A DNA stretch of 64,000 nt from an uncultured bacterium (GTDB lineage Bacteria > Krumholzibacteriota > Krumholzibacteriia > WVZY01), in NCBI GenBank assembly GCA_964654695.1, contig CAZZKJ010000002.1, forward strand, positions 1,363 through 65,362, read 5' to 3'. Shown here piece after piece: positions 1 through 8,976 of this stretch. The translations under genes were made by a program, and so were the position numbers. The first letter of the stretch is position 1. Every line of letters begins with the position of its first letter. The notes under the pieces are model-generated. The model worked only from the letters and a program-made list of their open reading frames with translations. It was not told where the DNA came from and did not search any database.

Positions 1-1559
1 CTTCCACCGATTTAACCCACTGGAACATAGAGAACCCGGTTCTTTATGTTCAAGAGGGGGACTGGGATAACATGGCTTTATGGGCTCCGCATGTAATTGA
101 AAGCAACGGCTTCTATTACATGTTTTACACCGGTGTAAACAACTATTGGTCTCAGCAAACGGGTATGGCTTTTTCACTGGATTTCTTTTCATGGACGAAA
201 CTTCCCTGGCCGCTTTATCATCCCGATCCCTCCTGGGCCAGTTGGAGTGAAACCGCATGGGCCAACGGGCGCGATCCCTTCGTTTTCTCTTATAACGGCA
301 AATATTACATGCTCGTAACCGCAACAACCAATAACAATCTCGGCGCCATCGGCAGCGCCGTTTCGGATAATCTTATTACGTGGCAGGACAACGGGCCCCT
401 GTACGTACATAATAGCTGGCATGTTCTCGAGTCGGTTCAATTGATTCAACGCAACAATAAATTCCACTTATTCTTCACAGAAGAAGTAGTAAATGGAACT
501 TCGCACATGATCTCGGATTCGCTTTACAGCGGATGGGATATCAATTCGAGAACAGTCATTGATAATGGACATGCTCCGGAAGTGAACTTATTCGATGGCA
601 ATTACTTCATTTCCCGGCATACTGTCTATAATGATAACCAGGGATCAATGGAATATGTGATAGTCCTGGACACGCTGAAGTGGGCAGGAGATCTGCCCTA
701 TGTTTATAACTCCTGGCCCCTGATCAATAACTGGAATCTGGTGTGGGGCAACGCTTTTGCATTTCAGCCTACGTTCGAAAACAATCTTTATGCCAGAGGT
801 GACACCACCGATGCCAACTTCGAGGGCAACTGCTGGATAGGAACCTACGAGAGATACCAGGGACCTCTAAAGTACGGCTCTCCCGGAGGAACGCAAGGAG
901 ACGGCGCCAAGGGAGTTATCCGTTCAAAAACATTCACGATCACAGGCAATTCCATGAACCTCCTGGTCGGCGGCGGCAACTACCCAGATCAGTGTTATGT
1001 AGCCATGATCGACGCATCTACCGGAGCCGCGCTATTCAAGGAGACCGGCAAGAATACGGATCATATGGACCGCAGGTTCTGGGATATTTCGCCTTATAAG
1101 GGACGGAGTGTTTATATAGAAATTTCCGATATTTCATCCGCGGCCATGGGTCACATAAACTGTGATGATATTCGCGAATCCATGAACATCTTAAACCTGA
1201 ATGAGGGCGGCGGCAATGGAACGGGCAAGAAAAAACCGGGAGGGATTAGCGGTAAAGTCGAATCGGTGCAGATACCTGATTTGCCGCGGCTGTTCCAGAA
1301 TTATCCGAATCCATTCAATCCGTCTACTACGATTTCATATTACACGCCGCAGAAAAGCCGCGTCGTCCTGGAAATATTCGATGTTTTGGGAAGAAGCATA
1401 GCCCGGCTGGTGTCAAAAGAACAGGGCCCGGGAACCCACTACTTGACTTGGGACGGCACCGGCGCGCGCGGAGAAAGACAACCGTCCGGAATCTTTTTCT
1501 ACAGGCTCAATGTTGACGGCAAAGTCATAGCTGTCAAGAAAATGGCCCTCCTCAGATAG
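1..1559 (+). CDS. Secreted glycoside hydrolase, GH43/GH32-like five-bladed beta-propeller, with C-terminal T9SS (Por) sorting domain; 5' end runs off the window
   Basis: The reading frame is open from base 3 with no stop before the first ATG at 72. N-terminal motifs 'THWNIENPVL...WDNMALWAPHVIE-NGFYYMFYTG' are typical of GH43/GH32-type propellers. The last ~80 aa ('FQNYPNPFNPSTTISYYTP...VLEIFDVLGRSIARLV...GIFFYRL') match the type-A T9SS C-terminal domain. Confidence 0.7.
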   Translation, partial: STDLTHWNIENPVLYVQEGDWDNMALWAPHVIESNGFYYMFYTGVNNYWSQQTGMAFSLDFFSWTKLPWPLYHPDPSWASWSETAWANGRDPFVFSYNGKYYMLVTATTNNNLGAIGSAVSDNLITWQDNGPLYVHNSWHVLESVQLIQRNNKFHLFFTEEVVNGTSHMISDSLYSGWDINSRTVIDNGHAPEVNLFDGNYFISRHTVYNDNQGSMEYVIVLDTLKWAGDLPYVYNSWPLINNWNLVWGNAFAFQPTFENNLYARGDTTDANFEGNCWIGTYERYQGPLKYGSPGGTQGDGAKGVIRSKTFTITGNSMNLLVGGGNYPDQCYVAMIDASTGAALFKETGKNTDHMDRRFWDISPYKGRSVYIEISDISSAAMGHINCDDIRESMNILNLNEGGGNGTGKKKPGGISGKVESVQIPDLPRLFQNYPNPFNPSTTISYYTPQKSRVVLEIFDVLGRSIARLVSKEQGPGTHYLTWDGTGARGERQPSGIFFYRLNVDGKVIAVKKMALLR

Positions 1560-1610
1560 CAGTCCCGTTATCCCCGCTATCTCGTTGCCGCGCTCAATAA
1601 TCTCCCCGAA

Positions 1611-2432
1611 TCAATCCTCATTCTCGAGCAGGTAATAAGCGGCGGTGACCACCAATTCTCTTAACAGCGGTATTCTTCCCAGTATCGATGCATTTATAAC
1701 CGGCAGCCCGTATCTTACAGCGAACGTGGGCCTGGAGAGAAACAACTTGGCCTCGCGGATTTTAAAACCCGACTTCTCGGCGCAGCGGAGAAATCTTGAA
1801 ATCGTCATGCGAATAGTCCTGAGTTTTCTAACTTCAACCGACTGGCGGTCCGGCCCTCCGGCTATCTTGCCAAAGAGCAGATCCGGGAGAAGCTGAATGT
1901 ACGGCAGCTTATTATATGGGATGCTGAAAAACCTCTTCGCGGACAAAATTTGTTGATGAGCTCCAAAAGGAGAATAATACGGCGGAAACACTATTAAGCA
2001 TGTCCCGCTGTCTGCGAGGATGGATTTTATGTTATCGAGCGCGGAGCATGGGTCATGAAGATGTTCGATCACATCCCGCATCAGTGCAAAATCAAAAGGG
2101 CTCCTATCGAAAACCGCACATGAGCTGTCGCATATATCACCTTGATAAACGGAAATTCTTATATTCCTGCTTTCATTGTAAGTTTTCGATAAGTCCGCCA
2201 GTCTTCCATCGATTTCGAGGGCGGTAACTTCGGCTCCGTGCTCATACATGGCTTCACCGCATCCTCCATTGCCGCTCCCAACTTCCAGTACTCTCTTCCC
2301 TTCGAGCTCAACGCCCCATGATTCCAGAACAGGTATCAAATAATCTTCGGCCAGTTTAAACTGGTAGTCTCTATAGTATTCTTCCCATGATTCGCCGTTC
2401 AATTCCCGCTTTACTCCTGCTCTCATTATCAT
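1611..2432 (-). CDS. Class I SAM-dependent methyltransferase
   Basis: Motif I 'VLEVGSGNGGCG' (the GxGxG SAM-binding loop) followed by an acidic loop 'ALEID'. Length is 273 aa. Confidence 0.7.
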   Translation of the reverse strand: MIMRAGVKRELNGESWEEYYRDYQFKLAEDYLIPVLESWGVELEGKRVLEVGSGNGGCGEAMYEHGAEVTALEIDGRLADLSKTYNESRNIRISVYQGDICDSSCAVFDRSPFDFALMRDVIEHLHDPCSALDNIKSILADSGTCLIVFPPYYSPFGAHQQILSAKRFFSIPYNKLPYIQLLPDLLFGKIAGGPDRQSVEVRKLRTIRMTISRFLRCAEKSGFKIREAKLFLSRPTFAVRYGLPVINASILGRIPLLRELVVTAAYYLLENED

Positions 2433-2516
2433 TATGCTTCAAAAGACCGTTCCGGCACGGACGCAGACAGTTCAAGAACTGCTGAATTCAAAGCAACCGG
2501 CTGGTGCTTCAAAAAG

Positions 2517-3146
2517 ATGAAGAAAACGATTCTTATTATAGCATTATTTTCTGCAGCAGCCGCAGAAAACATCCATCCTCCCCTGGCGACGGCCCGCGAG
2601 GGCCTGGGACTTAAAACCGGTTATATCCAACCAACGGGAAGACTCAATGATTCCTTTGGCTCCGGGTTTCTTCTCGCCCTCCACTTTACCGAAACGCTTG
2701 GCTGGCCTTTTGGGCTGGATTTTACTCTTGGATCCATGTATCTCGGCGAGACTTCCCGCGGGGATATTTCCCAAAAAATTTTCCTTTCGCCCAACTATGA
2801 AGTTAAAATGAACATAACCTATTTGAACATAGCTCCGTTTATAAATATTGAATTTCCGGGTGGTCTGTCCGCCGATTTCTCAGCCGGAGCGGGTTTATAC
2901 GGAGTTATGGTCCTGGTAAATGCCGGACTTTTCAGTGCCGAGGACACTCAGTATCATGTCGGTTTGAACATCGGCGCCGGTATTTATTATAAACTTGCTT
3001 CATCCTTCAAGATAGGTATGGACCTCGCCGCTTATAAATTATGGACTTCAGATGACGCGGATGATTGGATACGAATCTACACCGAAGGGGATGAGAATCC
3101 CCGCTTTTACCAGATATCTTTGGGAGCTCTTTTGTATTTGAATTAG
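2517..3146 (+). CDS. Small outer-membrane beta-barrel protein (OmpA-like/OmpW-like transmembrane barrel) with signal peptide
   Basis: N-terminal signal 'MKKTILIIALFSAAAA'. Alternating hydrophobic/Gly-rich strands ('GAGLYGVMVLVNAG', 'HVGLNIGAGIYYKL'). Ends in 'LLYLN'. Confidence 0.55.
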   Translation: MKKTILIIALFSAAAAENIHPPLATAREGLGLKTGYIQPTGRLNDSFGSGFLLALHFTETLGWPFGLDFTLGSMYLGETSRGDISQKIFLSPNYEVKMNITYLNIAPFINIEFPGGLSADFSAGAGLYGVMVLVNAGLFSAEDTQYHVGLNIGAGIYYKLASSFKIGMDLAAYKLWTSDDADDWIRIYTEGDENPRFYQISLGALLYLN

Positions 3147-3221
3147 CCAAACGTAAACGAACCGACAAAGCCGCTTTGTCCGGCGGGCAAACTCCTACTA
3201 CCCCAATCTCAAAACTTCGAA

Positions 3222-5312
3222 TCAGCGCTCATCACCGCTCAAGGTATCGCCCCTCTGGATAACGGCGTCTATTTTGCTGATAATCTTCCCGGCCGAGTAA
3301 TCACCCGGGCTGAGATCCAAATATTTTTGCATTGCGCTTTTGGCTTGGCTGAGCATATTTCTCTCTATGAAAACATTTGCCATATTCTTATATGCGTTTG
3401 CATAGTAGGGATCCAAATCAAGTGCTGCCGAGAAACTCCTCAACGCTCCATCCAGATCACCGTTTTCGGCGAGGGCCGCCCCAAGATTGTTGTATGCCTT
3501 TATATAGCGCGGATCCATCCCTATGACTTTCTTAAATAATTTTATAGCTTCCTCATGCTTTTTCATAACCCCATAAGTCATACCCAGGTTATTGTAGGCT
3601 TCAATCATCAGGGAATCCAGTTCAATTGCTTTGATGTATTCTTCCGCTGCTGTTTCATACATCCTTGCCTCCCTCATTGCCTGCGCTAGATCGTAATGCA
3701 CACTGGCCGAGCCGGGATCGATCTCAAGAGCTCTTGAAAAATCTTCTATCGCCTGAAACAGTTTCCCGGCTTTTTTTTGGATAATCGCCTTGTGGATATA
3801 AGATTCCGGATTTTGCGGACGCAGCGCAACCGCCTTGTTTATCTCGGCTATCGCTTCTTTGGTTCGTCCTATTTCATTCCACCTCCTGCCCGTATGAATA
3901 TGCTCCCGCCAGAGAACGAGATCTTCGCTGAGTGCCATCCGATCGGGGCGATTCACATAGAGCGTTACCGCAATAAACGAAGTCAGTATCATTAACCGCC
4001 TGGGTCGAGGAAAACAGGAAGGAAGCACGTCGACCAGGCCGTACGCTGCAAAAAGACTCAAAACAGGCACGATCTGGATCCTGTACCGAGCCGTTATAAA
4101 AAAAATTATTATGGACAAGGAATAGGAAATAACAAACAAATGGAGCAGAATAAAACGCTTCCATTCTTTGAATGCAAAAATGAAACCGGCCAAACCAAAA
4201 GCGCACAAAAACCAGTAATCAACAAACAAAAATTTAAATATACCGAAGCGTTTTCTGGACAAATCGTAGCTCTCGATTTGAGGAATTTCGAAGCCGCTGA
4301 AAAATAGCGCCGTCTTGCGCAGCAGCAGCCGAAGCTCCCGCCCGGGCTGTTCCCTCATGAATCCTAAAACTTTCTTCGTCCAATATCCGGATATCTGTGA
4401 CGGCTTCATATCCCTGCCCAGCATTCGCTCGACATATCTTCTGGTGGTCGCATCGCTGTTGAAGTCTACCCCCATGGGCGGATAAAACACGCCTGAAGCA
4501 TTTTCGTTATTGCCTATATAGAAGTTCACACCGAAGCTGGAAGTAATGGGAATAAAATCTCTGCTGGCGGCATAATTATGCAGGGTCACCGGAACGATTG
4601 CACCAATAACCGCCGCCGTATACACCGCGACGGCCGCTTTTCCTCTGCCGGCGCCTCCGAAATAAAGGATCCAGATCAGTACCGGCGGCACAAATATCAA
4701 AATGTTGGCTCTGGCGAGGGCTGACAAACCCATAGCCAACCCGGCGGCGGCAAATAGCAGAAACGATCTTCCGGAAGACGCTTTGAACAGGAAGAAAAGC
4801 ATCAGCATGTTCAGAAGCGTACCGAGCCACATCATGAGCAGCTGGCCTTCGTAAAAAGTTGCCGCGCCGTAAAAAATCAACAGGAGCGCCCCCAGCAGAG
4901 CGGTAGTCGGACGAAAAACTTTTTTGCCAACGAGATAAGTAAGAACAACTGTAACCGCTCCACCCAGCATTTGAATCAGGCCAACGATCAATTGATTTCT
5001 GCCGAAAACGGCATAGATGCCCGCAAGAACATAGGAATACAAAGGGCCCATGAAAAAAGCCTCCCCCCGGATGATGCCGCCCCGGATGATGCTCTGGGCC
5101 ATCTGGTCGTAGTACTTTGCGTCTAAAATAGGTACGCGCGCCTGAAGAGACTCGGAGTTCTGAAGAACGAAAATTACTTTGAGAATGAACGCCAGCAAGA
5201 AAATAAAAGCTATCCATCTTTTATCCGCTTGCAGTGAATTATCCAAAGACGCCAGGAAACGCTCTCTATTCCATTTCCGTTTGATCATTTTCAATTCCGG
5301 AAGGTATAGCAA
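3222..5312 (-). CDS. Fusion of an N-terminal multi-TM GT-C (PMT/ArnT/TMTC-like) glycosyltransferase domain with C-terminal TPR repeats
   Basis: About 12 predicted TM helices in the N-terminal 450 aa. The C-terminal ~230 aa contain about 6 TPR-like repeats ('AIELDSLMIEAYNNLGMTY', 'AIKLFKKVIGMDPRYIKAYNNLGAAL', 'ALDLDPYYANAYKNMANVF'). Confidence 0.6.
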   Translation of the reverse strand: MLYLPELKMIKRKWNRERFLASLDNSLQADKRWIAFIFLLAFILKVIFVLQNSESLQARVPILDAKYYDQMAQSIIRGGIIRGEAFFMGPLYSYVLAGIYAVFGRNQLIVGLIQMLGGAVTVVLTYLVGKKVFRPTTALLGALLLIFYGAATFYEGQLLMMWLGTLLNMLMLFFLFKASSGRSFLLFAAAGLAMGLSALARANILIFVPPVLIWILYFGGAGRGKAAVAVYTAAVIGAIVPVTLHNYAASRDFIPITSSFGVNFYIGNNENASGVFYPPMGVDFNSDATTRRYVERMLGRDMKPSQISGYWTKKVLGFMREQPGRELRLLLRKTALFFSGFEIPQIESYDLSRKRFGIFKFLFVDYWFLCAFGLAGFIFAFKEWKRFILLHLFVISYSLSIIIFFITARYRIQIVPVLSLFAAYGLVDVLPSCFPRPRRLMILTSFIAVTLYVNRPDRMALSEDLVLWREHIHTGRRWNEIGRTKEAIAEINKAVALRPQNPESYIHKAIIQKKAGKLFQAIEDFSRALEIDPGSASVHYDLAQAMREARMYETAAEEYIKAIELDSLMIEAYNNLGMTYGVMKKHEEAIKLFKKVIGMDPRYIKAYNNLGAALAENGDLDGALRSFSAALDLDPYYANAYKNMANVFIERNMLSQAKSAMQKYLDLSPGDYSAGKIISKIDAVIQRGDTLSGDER

Positions 5313-5339
5313 TACCGCCCACTCCGCAAGTAATTCCCC

Positions 5340-5368
5340 TTGACGCTTTCGATAGACATATTTAATCT
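5340..5368 (+). promoter_or_regulatory. Candidate sigma-70-type promoter for pyrE: -35 TTGACG (5340-5345), 17-bp spacer, -10 TAATCT (5363-5368); Shine-Dalgarno AAGGAGG at 5378-5384
   Basis: Read directly from the sequence. Spacing to the ATG at 5392 is appropriate. Consensus may differ if the host is a Bacteroidota-like organism. Confidence 0.3.
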
Positions 5369-5391
5369 CCCTCGGTAAGGAGGAGAAACAT

Positions 5392-5940
5392 ATGCACCAT
5401 AGAGATGAACTGCTTAAGCTTCTGGCTGTAAAAGCATTGAAACGCGGCGAGTTTACTTTGGCCTCCGGGGCAAAAAGCTCGTATTACATAAATGGCAAAT
5501 TCTGCTCGCTGGATTCCAGGGGAGCATACCTGACAGCCAGAATAATGCTTGGTCTGCTCAAGGACAACATCCCGGATGCTGTCGGCGGCCTATCGCTCGG
5601 GGCCGATCCGATTGTCGGTGCCATGCTTGCGCTCGCCGGTTTGGAGGACCTGGAACTCAAGGGATTTCTCGTGAGGAAAGCGCAAAAGAATCACGGCACC
5701 ATGTCGATGGTAGAAGGTCCCGTTTGCCCGGACGATAAAGTCGTCATAATCGAGGACGTCATAACAACAGGTTCATCGTCGATCAAGGCCATTCAGGCGG
5801 CAGAAAAATGCGGGTGCAAAATTGTAAAAGTCCAGTCGGTAGTAGACCGTGACGAGGGCGCTTCAGAGAATCTTGCGAAAATGGGCTACAGGCTGGAGTC
5901 GATTTTTACCGTGGAAGAACTGCTGGATTTTTCCGGATGA
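5392..5940 (+). CDS. pyrE: Orotate phosphoribosyltransferase
   Basis: PRPP-binding motif 'VVIIEDVITTGSS'. N-terminal 'LKRGEFTLASGAKSSYYIN' is typical of PyrE. Length is 182 aa. Confidence 0.85.
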   Translation: MHHRDELLKLLAVKALKRGEFTLASGAKSSYYINGKFCSLDSRGAYLTARIMLGLLKDNIPDAVGGLSLGADPIVGAMLALAGLEDLELKGFLVRKAQKNHGTMSMVEGPVCPDDKVVIIEDVITTGSSSIKAIQAAEKCGCKIVKVQSVVDRDEGASENLAKMGYRLESIFTVEELLDFSG

Positions 5941-7124
5941 ATGCCCGCAGAAGAATTGAAAAGATGAGCGTAGCGTCCCGCCAACCTGCCGAGAATAAAT
6001 CCTGCCGCGACCAGTGCGTATGCGGCCGCTGCGGCTGCGGCAAATCCTCCGAATATGGGTATCCTGCCGATCAAGCTCCAGAAACCGAGCCAGAGTAGGG
6101 CTATCAGCGCCAAGAAGGCCGCTGATGCGAGGTATTCCATCTCCATAATTGCAAGAGTTCTTACAACCAGCAGGGGATTGACGGCGCTGCGAACGTTTCC
6201 GCTGGTTCCCATGCTTACCACCAGCGCTCCTGGGTAATAAACGCAGAACAAAACGAAAAGTAAAACGCTCATCAACGGGCTTCCCGCTATATATCCGGAG
6301 AGCTGCCCCATACTTCCGCCCGAAGCGAACAGCGCGGCACAAGCACCAATCAAAAAAGGACTCAATATTTCCACTGCCGATAGAAAAGCCGCTGCGAGCA
6401 GCGCCGGAGTTGAGAAAACCATAGGTATCGAATGCAGGCCGCGCGGCAGTAAATCCGCCGCACCGCGGAAGGACCTCTTCATAACATGCACGCAGACGAT
6501 CAAGCAAAGCGGGACAAAAAGATATTTGCCGAAGGGCGCTGCAAGGACCGCACCCAAAAACGCCGCCAGCGCCGAAATACTTCGCCATCCTGATTTAATC
6601 GGACACGCGGCCAGGGCGGCCGGATCCTCCCACCAGGGCGGTTTGCGCTCAAGCAGGCTAAATTTATTATATATTTTGGGTGGAAGACTTCTTTTTATCT
6701 CCTGAGCCAGACGCGGATAGTAGGGCCTGATATTCAGGGCCTGCTGGTAATGAAGCCGGGCTTCCTTTTGCCTGCCGATTGCGGATGCGGCCCGCGCCGC
6801 TCTCATATGCAGATCAAGCGAATTAGGGTCGGAAGCCAATTCGCGGATAATGTTATCGTAATTTTCTTTTTTTACGAATTCTTCATCGAGCCCATCACCT
6901 GCAGTTTCTCCGGCGGCGGGAACCCGAGTATTGTCAAAGAGAATCTTAAGCTCGTCTCTGGATCCTGCTTTTTCCCAATTTTTAGATTCACTATTGAAAA
7001 CCAGGCTGTCGGACTTTATTCGTCCGGACTCGATACCGGCTTTCAGATCCTCCCAAGTCACTTCTTCCTCGTGCGTTGAACTCTCCAGGAAAACAAAATA
7101 TATATCGGGTGCGGTTCTATCCAC
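5886..7124 (-). CDS. Membrane protein with N-terminal DUF4339/GYF-like domain, a TPR-like segment and C-terminal polytopic (Yip1/DUF1282-like) region
   Basis: N-terminal 'TWEDLKAGIESGRIKSDSLVFNSESKNWEKAGSRDELKILF' resembles DUF4339. At least 5 hydrophobic helices sit in the C-terminal half. The 3' end overlaps the pyrE 3' end by 55 bp in convergent orientation, so the exact stop is uncertain. Confidence 0.45.
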   Translation of the reverse strand: MDRTAPDIYFVFLESSTHEEEVTWEDLKAGIESGRIKSDSLVFNSESKNWEKAGSRDELKILFDNTRVPAAGETAGDGLDEEFVKKENYDNIIRELASDPNSLDLHMRAARAASAIGRQKEARLHYQQALNIRPYYPRLAQEIKRSLPPKIYNKFSLLERKPPWWEDPAALAACPIKSGWRSISALAAFLGAVLAAPFGKYLFVPLCLIVCVHVMKRSFRGAADLLPRGLHSIPMVFSTPALLAAAFLSAVEILSPFLIGACAALFASGGSMGQLSGYIAGSPLMSVLLFVLFCVYYPGALVVSMGTSGNVRSAVNPLLVVRTLAIMEMEYLASAAFLALIALLWLGFWSLIGRIPIFGGFAAAAAAAYALVAAGFILGRLAGRYAHLFNSSAGIHPEKSSSSSTVKIDSSL

Positions 7125-7144
7125 CTTCTATAACACTCCAATCT

Positions 7145-7561
7145 TTATTTGTAGAACTCAATATCTCTTGTGCGGTTAAAGTCCATGTAATGCAGCCCCG
7201 CAGGATTGGTAAAATTCATTCCGCCCGGATAAGCCCTGTCGTCTTCGAAGATGAACAAGTTCTTGAGAATCCTCGCCCGAGCATCTTCCACGCTGAATAT
7301 TTCACCTGATGCCGGTTGGAAATTGCCGATTTTTTCCCTGATAACGATCCGGCCTCTCAGCAGTTCTATATCAATTCGTTTTTGTAATTCCCTGTTCAAA
7401 TCGATCTGTCTGCTCAACACATCAACATCACGGTCGGTAGCTTTTCCCAGTTTAGCCCCAGCCTGCTTCGGCCGGTGCGGAATCGAAAACAGCGAAGCCC
7501 ATGAGCGTCCGGGCAATATGAGACACTCGATTATGATCAATAAAAAGAGTATTTTTTTCAT
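7145..7561 (-). CDS. Small secreted hypothetical protein (signal peptide)
   Basis: Internal start 'MKKILFLLIIIECLILPGRSWA' is a canonical signal peptide. I preferred Met14 of the ORF at 7561 over the upstream ATG at 7600. No recognisable domain. Confidence 0.4.
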   Translation of the reverse strand: MKKILFLLIIIECLILPGRSWASLFSIPHRPKQAGAKLGKATDRDVDVLSRQIDLNRELQKRIDIELLRGRIVIREKIGNFQPASGEIFSVEDARARILKNLFIFEDDRAYPGGMNFTNPAGLHYMDFNRTRDIEFYK

Positions 7562-7832
7562 AATAGCAGACTTAAAGACGATCCACGGCAACATGCTCAA
7601 TCCGTATCGGCCTATGCACTTTTAATGCCATCCGGAATCCTATTTGCCCGGGCGGCTCTTCTAACCTGCTCACTTTTCAGGCGTTTTAGTGTAAAGGCTT
7701 TGCATTATAGGAAGTTATTATGGAGATGGCGGAACAGCGCGCGGATTATTCTCCCATTTGGCGTACTTATCCTGCAAAGATGGGAACCAATGCTCAATCG
7801 CCCATCAACACTCAGCAGACGCCCACCCAAAC

Positions 7833-8813
7833 TCAAATCAGAGATTCGCTGTCATGAAGGACGTTTGATCCATTCTCGTACAGAGCGTATTGAAAGCCTT
7901 TATGCAGAGACAGAGCGCCGGTTTCACCGGCCTTATTTACCGCCACATAGGCCACTTGAAAATCGGGCCGGCCTCTGTTGGCCTGGATAATTCTTTTCAG
8001 AGCTTCCTCTATCGCCTCCCGGGGTGAAGCACCTCGGCGCATAGTCTCGACGACCAGAAAGCTACCCGAACTTTTTATAACGGCTTCCCCGCGTCCCGTC
8101 GCAGCCGCACCCCCGACCTCGTTATCCACGTACATTCCCGCACCGATGATGGGTGAATCCCCTACCCTGCCGTGGATCTTCCACTTGAGGCCGCTGGTCG
8201 TGCATGCGCCCGCCAGGTCCCCTTGCGAGTCCTGGGTGATCATGCCGATCGTATCGTGATTATCCTCGTTTACTGGCAGGAACCAGTCGTCTTTATCGCT
8301 CAAAGCCGCCTTCCACTTCAGGTATGCGCGCCGCGCCCTGTCCGTCAACAGGCTCTCTTCCTTGAATCCATGAAGCCTGGCAAATGCCAGGGCGCCTGCC
8401 CCCGCCAGCATGACGTGGTCGGTTTCTTCCATTACCTTACGCGCCACGCTTATCGGATGCTTGATGTTTTCTAAAAACGCAACTGAGCCTGCATTGCCGC
8501 GTGAATTCATGATGCAGGCATCCAGAGTTACATGACCGTTTTCGTCCGGATAACCACCGTAACCGACACCGGTAACCTCCGGATCTCCCTCGGAGACACG
8601 CACGCCCTGTTCCGCTGCATCGACAGCGCTTCCGCCGCCGTTTATTACTTTTTGGGCGGCTTCATTGGCGGCGAAACCATGTTTCCATGTGGAAATTACC
8701 CTGTTTTTCCCGGTTTTTCGGGCCGCAAAAACGGGGGTCTTATCCAATGTTGCGGCCAAACCCGCGCCAAACAGTGCGGATAATGACAGGAAAGACCTGC
8801 GATCGATAGTCAT
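7833..8813 (-). CDS. Isoaspartyl peptidase / L-asparaginase (plant-type asparaginase / glycosylasparaginase, Ntn-hydrolase) with Tat signal
   Basis: Twin-arginine motif 'DRRSFLSL'. Autoproteolytic nucleophile context 'HDTIGMI'. 'TSGLKWKIHGRVGDSPIIGAGMYVDN' and 'GAAATGRGEAVIK' are Asparaginase_2 family signatures. Confidence 0.8.
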   Translation of the reverse strand: MTIDRRSFLSLSALFGAGLAATLDKTPVFAARKTGKNRVISTWKHGFAANEAAQKVINGGGSAVDAAEQGVRVSEGDPEVTGVGYGGYPDENGHVTLDACIMNSRGNAGSVAFLENIKHPISVARKVMEETDHVMLAGAGALAFARLHGFKEESLLTDRARRAYLKWKAALSDKDDWFLPVNEDNHDTIGMITQDSQGDLAGACTTSGLKWKIHGRVGDSPIIGAGMYVDNEVGGAAATGRGEAVIKSSGSFLVVETMRRGASPREAIEEALKRIIQANRGRPDFQVAYVAVNKAGETGALSLHKGFQYALYENGSNVLHDSESLI

Positions 8814-8822
8814 TATGCCTTC

Positions 8823-8850
8823 ACCTCCATGAAAAAAGCCGCACCAAGCG
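8823..8850 (-). terminator. Bidirectional rho-independent terminator (A6-GCCGC-accaa-GCGGC-T6) downstream of the M16 peptidase operon
   Basis: 5-6 bp GC stem (gccgc/gcggc) with a 5-nt loop. An A-run lies 5' and a T6 run 3' on the plus strand, so the minus-strand reading gives a hairpin followed by T6. It lies 127 bp downstream of the 8977 stop. Confidence 0.5.
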
Positions 8851-8976
8851 GCCTTTTTTCATTAAATTACTATTACGAACCAAATATTTACTGAACCACG
8901 CCCGGACAAATCCAACAATTAATACCTCCCCGGAACCAAGAATGCAGTTTGCCCGTGCCTCTGAGTTGCAGCCGCC

